Source: Planctomycetota bacterium (GTDB lineage: Bacteria; Planctomycetota; SZUA-567). Taken from it: 64,000 nt of DNA. The notes beneath the pieces are model-generated. The model ran no database searches. It saw only the letters and a program-made list of their open reading frames with translations, and was not told where the DNA came from. A program made the position numbers and the translations under genes. The stretch spans positions 5,433 to 69,432 of the forward strand of contig JAISYL010000177.1 in NCBI GenBank assembly GCA_031269935.1. Direction: 5' to 3'. Of the stretch, positions 63,869-64,000 are shown in pieces. Each line of letters starts with the position of its first letter. Positions within the stretch are counted from its first letter, which is position 1.

Positions 63869-64000
63869 CCAGCCAAAATCTTCTGGCAACACCAAACACA
63901 AACTCTCCATAAACTTTCCATCGTCGGCGACCGGCAATCCCGATATGAACTTTAAAAGGCGCAAGCCTTTCCCTTCCCCCTCCCGCCGGTCGCCGGGAAG

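Noticed and set aside
54088-64000. Direct repeat of the tRNA-Arg 3' end marking attR
   Set aside because: I scanned by eye for ggttcgactcctctcc or ccggcgcgcca-like strings and found none inside the window. This cannot be excluded without a computed search, or it may lie beyond the window.
1-64000. CRISPR arrays or rRNA genes
   Set aside because: No regularly spaced direct repeats and no rRNA-like conserved segments were seen. The only repeats are the dispersed families described above.

Overview
High-GC bacterial chromosome segment from a Gram-negative-type organism (Kdo genes waaA and kdsB are present); phylum not determinable from sequence alone. Most of the window is ordinary core genome. 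It contains a partial SNF2 helicase, secA-waaA, a cheA-cheW-mcp cluster, corA, a CBS-type family II pyrophosphatase, valS, ychF and a sugar-dehydrogenase/transaldolase operon. It also has an SPFH/zinc-ribbon pair, alsT, folE2, an envelope-protein cluster, a NitT/TauT-type ABC transporter, kdsB, rpsL-rpsG, leuS and a livHMGF amino-acid ABC operon. Many long ORFs in the track are GC-driven antisense shadows of these genes.

The accessory part begins after a tRNA-Arg(ACG) at 54036-54112 and runs to the window end. It holds a secreted EndoU-like nuclease, a DUF3368-PIN/UPF0175 toxin-antitoxin pair, a decayed integrase, a zeta-toxin pseudogene, HigBA and AT-rich hypotheticals. It also holds the best candidate for an undescribed system. 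This is a two-gene operon (56591-60386) encoding a winged-helix protein and a 1053-aa fusion of an Orc/STAND-like P-loop with a HerA/FtsK-like P-loop, with no recognisable effector domain.

The second notable signal is a ~140-nt foldback repeat present three times. Its stems show compensatory changes, and each copy sits at the same 6-nt offset from the stop codon of a minus-strand gene. Other repeats and palindromes, a truncated ISL3-like transposase and several promoter, terminator and operator candidates are listed. No CRISPR array and no rRNA were seen.
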